Source of the DNA: Takakia lepidozioides
Lineage: Eukaryota > Plantae > Bryophyta
Direction: 5' to 3'
DNA length: 64,000 nt
Assembly: GCA_030704615.1 (NCBI GenBank)
Contig: CM060734.1
Span: 51,274,001-51,338,000, forward strand
How positions within the stretch are numbered: position 1 is the stretch's first letter; every line of letters begins with the position of its first letter. This document shows, one piece after another, positions 10,083 through 22,884 of the stretch. The notes under the pieces are model-generated. The model was not told where the DNA came from. It saw only the letters and a program-made list of their open reading frames with translations, and did not search any database. A program made the translations under genes and the position numbers.

Positions 10083-13000
10083 ATGGAGAGATTTAGAGAG
10101 AGAGGTAAGAGAAAGAGAGAGGTGCGAGCGTCTTGCAATGTACTACGCGCTCTGATTTCTTTTCCTGTAGCTGCTATGCTTTGGTATCTGGTAGTGCCTG
10201 TGGTTGCTGCGAGCTCGGCCTGCAGAACCGGCTGTGGAGGCGTCTCCATTCAGTACCCCTTTGGCATCGATCAGGGCTGTGGGAGCTACAGTTTTAGCAA
10301 CACTCTAGAATGCAGCAACCGTACAAACACCTTGAATTTCATCACCCCGTCTCTAAACTATACGGTACAATCCATTGACTATTCCAGGAACACCATCTCC
10401 CTCTCGGACCAATCCATGACCACCTGCAGTGATGGGCTTGTTCCAGGGGAAAATTTCAGTCTTGGTTCTTCGAGCCCGTTTTATCTCTTTGAAGATAACG
10501 ACCTGCTATTACTGAATTGCAAAGACAATGCCAGCCTTGTGCGGTCCTCTCTCTTCTCGTGCAATGACTCTGTGAGTGTCTGCAGTGCCTTCAAGACATG
10601 TACTGACTACTCTAATACTAACGCCTCGAAATTGGTTACCACATGTTGTGCGCTCAATACACGATCAAACAAGTCCATCGATCTCTCTGTGCTCAGGTAC
10701 ATCACATCCCCTCCCTTTCTGTGCCCTTTCCTCTCTGTGACGCAAGTTTACTGCAACCTGAAGCTGTATAGATATATACGCACGTACGAATCACAACTAC
10801 ATGGATAGGCTCTGGTCGTCACCAAACCTGCTAAGTGTGTCTTGGAGTATTTGTGGAATGATTCATGCAATGTCCAGATCGAGTCTGTAGCTTATTACAT
10901 TCTTTTGTCTCAATTTGCAACGATGGGATAGTTGTGCTGGCTATACAAGCCTACACAATTACAACTCGATCAGCACAGACATCAGCAAATTTAAGTTCTT
11001 CATTGAGCTTGCATGGATTGAGCCCCAAGAGCTTTCCCAATGCAATCTATGCGACAACAGCTCAGGCTCCTGTGGCTACAATTCTACACATGAGTTTTCA
11101 TGCCTTTGCGAAGACACAAACACAACTTCAGTCTGCCCTGGTAACGCTCTCTACTCCTGCTGGCATAATAGATTTTTCTTAAGTATCTCTCTCTGCCACT
11201 TTCTTGCCCTCAGGCCGCCTGTGGACATTATAACCTAGTTTCTTTCTGTCTTCTCTCTCTGCAGTCATGAGTGTTGTCGTACCCCGTGGGCCTCCGCGGA
11301 CGCAATACCTTTGTTGGTGGCCTCTGAACAGTTGTTCACACGATAGCTAAAGAACAATCGCATGACAATCGTACTTGCGATTGCAGGCCTGCTCACACAG
11401 TTTTGTAGAATTCCTTCACGGCAGCTTGCAACGGCAGTCTGAAATTGCGCAGAGCAAGAGGATGCAGAGAAGACGAACAATTCCATTCTCTTTCAGTTTC
11501 TCTGAAAGTGGCACTGCAACCGCCTCTTAGTCTCATCTATGTAGAGTAGGGAGGATTGTGGTGATAGTGGAGTGGGAGGGCTTCGTTCATACAGTAGTCG
11601 ATGCTCCCAAATGAGGTCAATTGATTTTAACCTTTTTTCTTCTCCCCGGATTTGCAGTGGTTCATTAACAAATCTAACTAAATGTGACATACCCCGCATT
11701 TCTCCATTTCAGTTGGGACAGCTCTCTCCAATTTCTGTCGAAATTTTGCTAACAGGTGCATCAAATTAACTCGTCTGCAGAATCTTCCACACACTTGACA
11801 TCAAGGACAAAAGCTGTGATAGGAGGTCAGTCACCACTCCATCATGCTTCCTTCTCCAATCTGTGTTTACAGCATACACTTTGTTCACAGTCTGTCAATG
11901 GCTCTTCAGTTTCAGTTTAAGTTATCTTGAGGAAAAGACTTTGCATCGCAGGTACAATTGTGGGAGTTGGTACCGTCATTCTTTGCGTTATTGTAGTCCT
12001 CACCCGCTGCTGCCGAATGGAGAAGCTGAAAGATTTTGAAGTCCTTGAGTTTGATACCATGGATGGCATCTTAGAAGCTCCTACCAGGTTCTCATACAAG
12101 GAGTTGCTTATTGCTACTGATAATTTCAGTAATCAGCTCGGGCACGGCGGGTTTGGCGTAGTCTACAAGGGGGTCCTTACAGATGGCCAGTTGATTGCAG
12201 TCAAGAAGTTGGAAGGCTCAAGGCAAGGAGAGAAGCAGTTCCGAGCTGAGGTACCAACATCTGAGACTGTCTAACATTGCATACTCTGTCTGGGATATAA
12301 TACCACTCTTTTAAGAGTTTTAATTACAGTAAAGAGGTAGTTGTATCAACTGCAAACTGTGGTGAGAGCTTATGTTTTCCATACATTTGTTCTCTTGCTC
12401 TAAGCTACAAAGTCCACTGAGTGCATCCTCTCTCTTGTACAAGGACAGAATGCCACTTTCAAAGATTGACCCATGTGGCACTCTGGCTGCTATAAAGCTT
12501 CTTCCTTTCCATCTTTCTCCGGAATTTTTCAGCACCTCTGTGGGCCTCAACTTACTTGCAGTGATCTAGTAGTTATTCCTTAACTGTTTTGCCTATTTTT
12601 CCCATTAGTTCTTTGGATACTTGTAGAAGTTAAGAGGTCCCTTTTCGATTCTTGTTTCTTATGTGTTTGTGGGCCCATTAAGCTGTTGGATTTAATTGAT
12701 CCCCTTTCTTTCTTGTCTCAAACCAAACAGTTCTCTAGTTCCCCTACTGCGACTGGCAGTGCAAGCACAAGAATGCCACAGGAGAAAGATCTTCTATTTA
12801 ACTTTTGATTGCTCCATGGTAGGTGTGAGGCATAGGTCACTCCCAGAGCTCTTTCATCTGCACTTGAGTAATCAACACTGTTGTTGGCAGGCATGAGGCC
12901 TGTGGCAACTTATCTGAGTTTCAATCCTTTGTAGTCAGTGTTTGCAGGAAACGCATGATGAGTGCATCTCTGCAACCAAGAGAACCTCCAATCCAGAGTG

Positions 13001-14267
13001 AGGGACATAACTGCAATGCCCATCCGACCTGCAAACACTTAGAATGTCCAAGAGACCCAATCAGCTAGAAAGTCCAAAATCTTTCAATGGGCTCAATTGA
13101 CATTGTGATCTGAAACTTTCAGGTGGCTACCATAGGCAACATCCATCACTTCAATCTGGTGCGCTTCTTTGGGTACTGCGTCGAAGGCTCTGAGAGACTA
13201 CTTGTGTATGAATACATGAACAACAGTTCACTTGACAAGTTTGTGTTTAAGAAGAGAAAAGAGGGGTTCATCCTTGACTGGCCTAGACGCTTCTCAATTG
13301 CCTTGGATGTGGCCCAAGGATTGGCGTACTTACATGAGGGATGCAGAAAGCGGATCGTGCACTGTGACATCAAGCCAGAAAACATCCTTTTGGATGACAA
13401 TTTCTCAGGAAAACTTTCTGATTTTGGACTCGCTAAGCTCATAGACAGGCAAGAGGCCGATGCTTTCACAGTTGTGCGAGGTACCCGAGGCTATCTGGCC
13501 CCTGAATGGTTTCTCAGCAACACTCCCATCACCGAGAAATGTGATGTATACAGCTATGGGATGGTGCTATTGGAACTGATCGGAGGTCGACGGAATGTAG
13601 ATTTTGAGCTCAGCTCACCCCAATTCTACTTTCATGTCTGGGTGTATGACAAGATTGAAAGCTCTGATCTCAGGGAGATCATCGACATGCATGTTGCAAA
13701 GACAGCAGATTTGGATCAAGTCATGCGTTTGGCGCGTTTGGCGCTCTGGTGTGTTCAAGAGGATCCTAGCCAGCGGCCTACAATGGGCAAGGTAACTTCA
13801 TTTTTTTCTACAGTTTTGTGTCTAATGTACGATCAAGGGAAAGGTTCCCCCCCAGTGTGGTATGCCATGTCACTGCGGTTGTTGAATTGCCGTTAAGGAA
13901 GAAGCATTCAACTTTTGTAACAAGCAGTGAACAAAATCATCTTGAGATGATATTTGCTCACCTTAGGTTCGAACCCTTGAATATGTTTTGCTGTAGAAAA
14001 CCTCTTCCCATCCTGTGTCCCTGGAGGCTCAACTTGCAAAGAACTTACAGCAGACCTGTCTTGGCCACTGGAGCCACTGTACTGTATTATAGATCTGATA
14101 TTTCCAAGTTGTCTCTCAATTGACTTCAGGTGGTGCAAGTGCTAGAAGGTGTCAGTGAGGTTGAAAACCCACCTGTTCCCTTCAGAAGACCGAATGTTGT
14201 GTTGCGTACCAAAACCTCTGTTTCAACTGCCACTGGAGGGTCTTGGAGCTATCCCTCAGGGCGATGA
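10083..14267 (+). CDS. Receptor-like Ser/Thr kinase: signal peptide, WAK-type Cys-rich ectodomain (GUB_WAK_bind/WAK_assoc-like), TM helix, non-RD kinase. Exons 10083-10696, 10932-11140, 11781-11825, 11952-12250, 13123-13791, 14130-14267
   Basis: [21 protein letters not shown] ectodomain start; [14 protein letters not shown]...FSCLC; [19 protein letters not shown]; [63 protein letters not shown]; ends PSGR*. All junctions are GT-AG and in phase. The start could alternatively be the ATG at 10176. Confidence 0.92.
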
Positions 14268-15281
14268 ATCGGCCACGGAAGGTCTCCTCTGCCATTCTGG
14301 ACATCACCCACCAAATATGGACTCATCCACACTCGGTTCACACAATCCCTAGATCCAGAGGACAGATGGCTAACTCATCTCGTGAGGATACTCGGATTTG
14401 TAGAGTAAGTACCGTGCAGGAAGTGGGCATGGACGACAATTTCTATTTACTTTTGTACTATTCGATCACGGAAAGATACCTTTTCAGAAGTCGCTTGTCG
14501 ACCCTGCACTGGGCAGAAGCATTCAATCTCAATCTCAATCTCAGGATCAGACGTCCTTAAGCGCCTACAACCTTCACGAGTCACCACATCTGCAGGCCAC
14601 AGCGATGTAGCACCCATTTATCAATCACACCCCACCCATAAGCTCCTTCAGCTTCCCGTGGACCGAATTGAGCATATGTAGCAACTACCATGGAAGCTCG
14701 AAATCCAGAGAGGCTCCGCGGGACACGCATCAAATAGTGAGAAAAATTCTACTTGAGCTTAGTTGGAGGGCCCCGTTAGGGGGCAGCCAGAAGAATAGGA
14801 TGTGCCGTTTTTTGTACCCTGCGCACGGTATTCTATTCTAAAAAGCGAAGGATTAGGTTGCTCTGCGCTAAGCACACGACTGTGAGTAAGACAGCAGGCC
14901 TAAGAGTTTCGTGCAAACGATATGGGATAATTCGGAGGCTCCGCCTCCACGGTATTTTCACCGTACAAGTATGGTAGTACCTTGGCAAGATCAACAATCA
15001 TATGTCGAATATTTATTTTATTCTGAGAATTTCATTTCAACATATGGAATATTTCTAAATATGCTTTATTATCATTCACAAAGTTCCTTAATTTCACAAA
15101 ATCAATTTCCAAAAGTTTCAACAATATTTGAAATATTAAAATTTGTGTCGAAGTTGCCAAGGAACTACGGAATGTCGGGGGTACTCTAAAGGGGCACTGC
15201 TGATTCATCCCTGAGCTTTCTCCTCATCCATCCATCTCCAAGCTGTATGGTTTCTGTGATGAGTTTTCATACGGTAGTTAT

Positions 15282-15781
15282 NNNNNNNNNNNNNNNNNNN
15301 NNNNNNNNNNNNNNNNNNNNNNNNNNNNNNNNNNNNNNNNNNNNNNNNNNNNNNNNNNNNNNNNNNNNNNNNNNNNNNNNNNNNNNNNNNNNNNNNNNNN
15401 NNNNNNNNNNNNNNNNNNNNNNNNNNNNNNNNNNNNNNNNNNNNNNNNNNNNNNNNNNNNNNNNNNNNNNNNNNNNNNNNNNNNNNNNNNNNNNNNNNNN
15501 NNNNNNNNNNNNNNNNNNNNNNNNNNNNNNNNNNNNNNNNNNNNNNNNNNNNNNNNNNNNNNNNNNNNNNNNNNNNNNNNNNNNNNNNNNNNNNNNNNNN
15601 NNNNNNNNNNNNNNNNNNNNNNNNNNNNNNNNNNNNNNNNNNNNNNNNNNNNNNNNNNNNNNNNNNNNNNNNNNNNNNNNNNNNNNNNNNNNNNNNNNNN
15701 NNNNNNNNNNNNNNNNNNNNNNNNNNNNNNNNNNNNNNNNNNNNNNNNNNNNNNNNNNNNNNNNNNNNNNNNNNNNNNNNN
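15282..15781. other. Assembly gap (500 N)
   Basis: Run of n characters; ORFs crossing it are artefacts. Confidence 1.
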
Positions 15782-17380
15782 CGGCAGGAGCCATCGGATG
15801 TTTCATCATTGAATCTGAGATGAAGTCCCTGTCGCTTCTTGGCAATGAGAGTGAAACAATGCGCAACACATTTGCTTCCGATCTTCGTTGTGTTCGGGGA
15901 GGCTTTCCACTTCAATTAGAATCGACAAAGGTCTGTGCAGCACCCTCTTCAAGCAGTTCCATTCATAAAAAATATGATGGAAACAACATGTCCCTTGCCA
16001 GGAAGTAGATTTTGTAGACCGGTTCCGTAGTAAGTGACCATTGAGCTCCATTGGCAATGACACTTACTTGTGAGCACCAAGTTCTAGAAGTACATGTCTG
16101 TTCATGGGTGTTATTCCACTTTGCCATTCCATCCACATTCAACCTATGTAACCCACTCAATGGGACACCCATGGGCCGTGGTGACACACCGCAGGGTTAA
16201 CTGTCTGGGGTTTCATAACGTAACATAGCTCTACTTAGTGTAACTTGCATCTGTGGACTCCACACAGTGTAACACAGATGATGTGAACCTCTTCAGTGTA
16301 CTCATTGTGGTGTAACTCCAAGTGTAACTACTGCAATGTAACTATCAACAGTGTAACCTAGTATGTAACCCATAGAAAATATGCTGTCAGTGGTGTAACT
16401 CTGAGAACAATGTGACTACAATGTGACTACAGGGTCTGGGTTAGTCTGCCGGGGTTACTGACCCTTCAATACAGAGTGGGAAGATGTTGAAGTCGAGCAC
16501 CTTTAGTCACCAACACTAGCCCCTGTATGTGTCCCCTCTATGTGTAACCCAATTTGTGTGTAACCCATGGACGTGTAATCCATGAGATAGATAATCATTC
16601 CGTTCAACCTATGTTATGGACCAGTGTAGCCCTCCGGAGTGTACTTGTTGTTGTGTAAACCCCAAGAATGTATGTATCCCGACCATATGTAACCCCCATT
16701 GATGTCACCCCCATCGCATGTACCCATTGTACTTTGGGGTGCACTTATAAACCCCCGATGCTACATCACCCCATCTTATGTATCCCCACGACACGTAGCC
16801 CTTGTATAGGCAACCCTGCCCACTTTCATTGTGCACAGTGTAACTTAGAACTGTGTAACCCTCTTGAGTGAGTGTAACCCAGAGTGTTGTAACTCCAAGA
16901 AGTATGTAGCCCCGACCAGATGTTACCCCCACACTATTGTGACCCCATCGTATGTAACCCATTGTACATAGCCCTCATGTATGTAACCCATGTAGTATAA
17001 ATCTGAGAACTTCAGTGCACAAACACTTCAGTGCGAAAAAAATAAAAAATAAAACAAATGCGCATAGTCGAGGTGGGGTTACATGCCACGAAAGTATACT
17101 GTTTCAGCAACGTGGACCCTGACATAGCCCAGGTATGTAACCCATAAGTGTAACCCCACGTTGTGAGACCCGGCATGGTGTAACCCATCACTTATGTGTG
17201 AACCCACAGAGTGTAAGCCCATTGCCCCAGGGCCCAAAGGTGTACCCAAGTACTTGTCTATGATTCCACTTCATGTAACCTTATAAGGTGTAACCCCATG
17301 TAAGCCCATTGCATGAAACCCAAACTATGAAGTGTTACGAACAAACCACATAGAAGCAAAAATGCATCAAGAGACGCTAT

Positions 17381-20300
17381 TTATTTCTTTGGCCATCTGA
17401 CCAAGTCTTTGTCCATCTCGTCACACAGCCAACTAATCATATGAGTACGGGAAGCTATCATGGTTGACTCGTTGAACCAACTTGCAGTAAACGCCCGCCT
17501 ATGACGGGTTCGATCTTCTGTGGTTTTCACATTGAACTTCCACTCCAAGTAAAATTGCACAAAACAAAGTGCATAAAAGCCCCACTCCCAACAGCTCCGT
17601 TGTGGGGGACACTGGCCTCAAACCATTCCATCCTCTCCATGACGTAACTGAAGTCATCAGATCCAGGCATGAAATCAAAGAACGCTATGGCAAAATTTCG
17701 CAAAATTCCTTCAATGAGTTTGGGTCGGGCAATGGTTTATGGGAGTCCAAATGTACTATCCGACCTCGGCGCTCTAAAACAGCTACACTCCAGTGATCAC
17801 TGCAACACAAACAAAGCCGTTACGTCAGAATAGAAAAAAACATCTCCAATGAAACCCTTGTGGTGTAACCCAGTAGTGTAACCTTTTGTACTGTAACTCT
17901 AAACGGTTGTTACACAACTAGTCAGCAGTCACTAGTGCAACTCAGTCTAGAATAGAGGAGTGTAACCCAACATGCTCAGTCAACGCTGAAATTACTTACT
18001 CGAAGACAATAGGGATGACAACCACGTCCACAAGATCTCGATTCTTTGTGAACACCATCCCTCGGGCATCCTGAGTGTACCATTCTTGCACCAACCCGAA
18101 TAGCGTCTGCAGATCGTTACCATTGGTACGCATGACATGCCATTGAAAAGGAGCACAGATGACAAACTCAGGTGCGATAGCCTTAAACAATTTGGCCTCC
18201 AGAAGTTTGTTGTAACCCGAGAGCAATGCATCTGTGACAGTTGCTCTTATTTTATACATCGGCTCAAAATCTGTCTCTTCCAAAAACTGTAACGGACTAG
18301 AAGCCAGGAGGCATCGCCATAATAAAACTTCACTTCGGGCGCCCCAGAGGGTCCGACACCATTCTGAACTTTGTCAAGTACCGTTGTTTTAGTCTGCACA
18401 ACAAACCGCACATTACGAACATTACGATGCATCATACAAGAGTTATAATCAATATTCAAAATCAGAGAGGATCAAAGTACAATGAGGTACCTCGAACGCT
18501 CCCGCAAGTGCTTGGCAAGGACCTCTTGCTGCTGGACAACGTCAACCTCCGAGACCCCTGCACTTTTGCCTTTCGGTTTGGTTCGCTGTTTTTTGGGTGC
18601 GACAAGAACAGATACTTCTTTGTCAGCGCTAGGGGGTTCAGCCAACCGCTTTCTTTGAGCAGGCGGCCGTTTTGACCTCCTGGGATTCTCTGCAACCCTG
18701 ACAATGCCGCGATAGGGGGAATTTCTGAGCCAGAGGTGCCTTGTTCTGAGTTTGCTGCAAGTGCTGAAGACTGCACTCCCTCGTCTGAGACGTGCTGGGA
18801 AGGATTGACCAAGGGCAGAAGTGTCACAGCTCACCTCCTCGGTGCTACCACCCTGTCAGTGTAACCCTTCTGTTCAAACCCCTTGTCACGCTTCTTAGTG
18901 TCACCCTTCTCTTCGGCTACCTCCTCAGTGTCACGATTCTCAGTGTCACCCTCTTCTCAATGTCACCCTTCTCTTCGGCTACCTCCTCAGTGTCACTCTT
19001 CTTAGTGTCACCCTTCTCTTCAGCTACCTCCTCAGAGTCACGCATCTCAGTGTCGCCCTTCTCTCCGGCTACCTTCTCAGTGTCACCCTTCTCTTTGGCC
19101 GCATTATCAGTGTCACTCTTCGCAGTGTCACCCTTCTCATCGGGTTCCTTCCCAGTGTCACTCTGCTGAGTAACAATCTTATGTGTGTCACCCTTGGCAG
19201 TGTCACTCTTCTCAGTGTCTAGATGCTCCGCAACATCCTCTCTTATCTTCTCTCTCTGTGACTCTCCACAGTGAAACGCTTCTCAGTGTGACCCTGCTTT
19301 GTGTCACCCTTCCAACTGACAACCTCCTCGGTGACACCCTTCCCCGTGTCACCCATGTCGATGTCACTCTTCTTTGCATCAACCTCCTCAATGCCATCCT
19401 TGTTTGTGTCGCCCTTCTCCGCACCCTCCAAGACCATGTTGACTAGCAGAAGACCGTCATCCGTCGCGACTAGTGGCCGTGGCAAAGGAGTGTCACCTTC
19501 CACGACTAGTGGTAGTGGAATGTCATCCATGACAGTGTTACACTCACTGACATCTACCATGTGGGTTGGCTGTGGGGTGTCACCCCTATCAGTGTAACCC
19601 ATGTCAATGTCACTCTCAACGGAAGTTGCAGTGTTCACGGGCAATGGTGTGTCACCCACGACAATGTCCCTCTCACGACATTGTCAGCCACACCGGTATC
19701 CGTAGTGTCCCCTGAGGTGCAGTGTAACCCTCCTTCCCTGTTGCTCCTCTCTGCACAGTGTCACCCTGAGGTGCAGTGTAACCCTCCTTCCCTGTTGCTC
19801 CTCTCTGCACAGTGTCACCCTGAGGTGCAGTGTAACCCTCTTCCCTGTTGCTCCTCTCTGCACTTGTCACCCTCGGTTTCAGGGGCAGAGTCACCCTGCG
19901 TCAATGGACCCACGAAGGCTGGGTCATTCTGAGAGAGGTTGACCACATGATCCTGACAACTACTTACATTGCTGCACTCGAGGGTTCAACCCAGCATCTT
20001 CCAGATTCAAAAGTCATACACAGACTCTGGTCAAAGCGGGTCAACCCGATTCTTCGATTAAGACCTTCAAAAGAAATGACTTGGGGCTGCGGACAAAGAG
20101 GGTTCTGCACTTGGTGTTCCACCTTGATGTATCAATCTTCAGTATCAGTATCAGAAATCATGGGCAATCCCGCGTCAGTCTGCTATGTTCACCCTAAGTG
20201 CAGCTGGTTTGAGTACAATTCACCACCTACCTGCGACAAAGATACAACGGCAGATTGACTTGGAATGATGTCCCTCGTCATGTACATCGTCGCTCTGCGG

Positions 20301-22884
20301 GGCGGAAATTGGCCCTCGCTCGTCTGCGCGCCCCCTACGCCCCCTGTATCGCATTGTGGAGGGGCCCCCATACACAACTTCGTGAAGCTCACGTTGAGCC
20401 TCAAAGGTTTTTGAACGCATTGGGCGACTGATTGGTCATAGCTCGGCTCATCTGCATCGGGAAAAGACAAAGGTTTTTAGTCTTGAACGAGGTTTTTGAA
20501 AGTGCAAGGGTTCACTATGTAAGGGTTACAACTGACTAGGACAAGCATAGTGGTTCGGATTACACGATATGGGTTTCACCACCCTGTTAGAGACAGTAGT
20601 TTGCAATGGGTTACACTACCATGGGTAACACTAACTGAGATTACACAACTAGAGGGTAACCAAATCTAGGGTAAACAGCGAGGGGTACCATTGGGCACTG
20701 ATTACAACAGGGTTACAAACTCCGAGGGTTTTACACTGATTTACACACAGCGAGTTTTACACTGAGTACAATGTTCCACATACCGAAGTTTACACACGGA
20801 TTACAGGGTAACACAAACGAGGGTTACCTGAGTTACAAGGTTCCACATAGCGAGCCGTTACAATGATTATACAGATTACACACAAAGGGGTTACACGACG
20901 AGAGTGGTGACAGTGGGATGGAGTAACACTTACAGAGATACAAGGCACTACATACCCAAGGTCTCTCATATACTGGATGCCAAACGCGCATTATAAGTCC
21001 ATTTTCTGTTGGTGATTCGCTGAATAGGCCACAACACCAAAGCTGGATAAACGCTTCTCTCTGTTGGATCGCAAAGTGTGGGCGGCGCGACGACGGCTTG
21101 TTGCTTGCAAAAACTGTATAGCTCCGTTGATCTTAATTGACCGGTCACCCCCACTCTTCTGTACCAAAATCGATCTTAAGTCTTCGAGCTCAGAATCCAA
21201 GGTCGCAATTCCGTCACCAGGTTGTGCAAAGTACATCAGACTAAGCGCGTAATACTCATCGACCAGGTCCTTCACCTTTGAGGCCGTAAGAGCACTTTCC
21301 AGAAGTTCAGTCGTGAACCCCAACCTGGGATGCGTTTGGGAAACTGACCTGCCATGATTTCTTACATCGTTGTGGGCTAGAATTCTCAAAAGGAGTGGTG
21401 GCGGTCCAGTGCGTGTTTGGTGAGATTCTCCATTTGACTGATTAATCCTTCGGCAAAACCACGAGTGAATTCCAACGGATGTGGAACAACCAAACCTTTG
21501 ATTCCATCTACAGTAATAGTGATGACAAGAGGATTTGAAGTTCTGGCATCGTCAAGGTCGGTATTGCCAACAGCTAGTTCGTCCATCGTGTCATCATCAT
21601 GTGAGGCTTTGGCTCTCTCGATGGACTCGTGTAAGTCTCCCACCTTTTTCTTTTTCTGCTTTGGCATGTCAGGATGCCCAATGCTCTCTAAATACTCCTT
21701 CACCCGATTCAATTCCTCTATCATTAACGGACCATGATCCGGCTGGGCAGTAAATGCCTTGTGGGCAGCAACAACACTGTCCCATCATCGCTCTAAGATG
21801 ATTCGACCTCCCTGCGCAATACAGCGTGAGGGGTTACACCAGAGAAAAAGTTTTACAGCACGAGGGTTTACACATGAAATGGGTTACAAACAAGATGGGC
21901 TACACGGGGTTACACAGAGGTGGGTTACACACCATAGGGGTTTTTAAAAGGGGTCCTGTGTAGGTGGGTTACACTCTGGGTTTACACGCCACAGGAGAGA
22001 CAGGGGGGGTAACACAAAGGGTTACATGGATAGACAACAGCCCAAAATTTGAAAAACAGAGAAATGGCAGGGAATCCAACTTGATTGTCTGTCGATAGAA
22101 CCCAACTTGATTTTGCAGCTGTCGCATGGACTGCGCCCTCGCCTCGTGCAACAAATTCTTGGAATGCCGGCCAAAACCCCTTCTCATTGACATTCGGAAA
22201 TGGGAACTGAGGAATAAGGCCATGCGGTAGCAGAAGGATTGAGCCTGGAGTTCTCTTTTGCAAGATGAACCTTGAGCTCCGGTTTCCCCGGTTTGCAATG
22301 TTGATTTTCTTTGCAATAGGGACAGGTAGAGGCAGGCTCAATCGCCGCTTGTCTCTCTCGTTAGAAACCTGCCGAATAGAAGGACCAGGGACAGAAACAG
22401 CAGGAGCACTAGAAGATGGAACCTCTGTAGCAGAAATAGCCGAAGAAGGTACAACAGCAGGCACTTCAATAGGATCTGCAATCTCACCCAAAGCCACCCT
22501 ATTTTGCAGAATCCATGCATGATATGCATCAACAGAAGAAGCTGGAACAGAATTCATCACATTTTCAACAGCCATGGCATGCTTGAGCTCCGCATCAGGA
22601 AACGGTTTTGTTCCTTTCGGTCTGGCCATACATGCGGCCGTTCCATCGACAATATGCCGATTCAATCTGCTCTTATCTACCTTTACTGCCCCACAATAAG
22701 GACATTTGAACTTAGGCCGGCCCTTTGCTCCCTCCACCTTGGCCTCTCTACACCTGGTGTGGCAGTACGCGATCATTGTAGCATGCTCATGCTCAGTGTA
22801 CCAAAAGCGAACTCGTTCGCCATCCCTTTTCAAGTGATCAAATGGAATAGTAGCCTCTCCAGGGAACAAATAACAATCAGCCAT
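17381..22884 (-). pseudogene. Multi-exon transposon gene: N-terminal BED-like C2HC zinc finger, acidic GDT-repeat region, C-terminal Ulp1/peptidase C48 domain
   Basis: FKCPYCGAVKVDKSRLNRHIVDGTAAC at ~22630-22710. The exon ending DLVDVVVIPIVF at 18000 splices to DHWSVAVL...IVHLDS at 17799 and, after frameshifts, PQRSCWEWGFYALCF...WPKK* (stop 17381). Joining all exons into one gene is an inference. Confidence 0.65.

Noticed and set aside
15205-16008. Long ORFs of 200-253 aa spanning the N run
   Set aside because: Their length comes from the 500-N gap.
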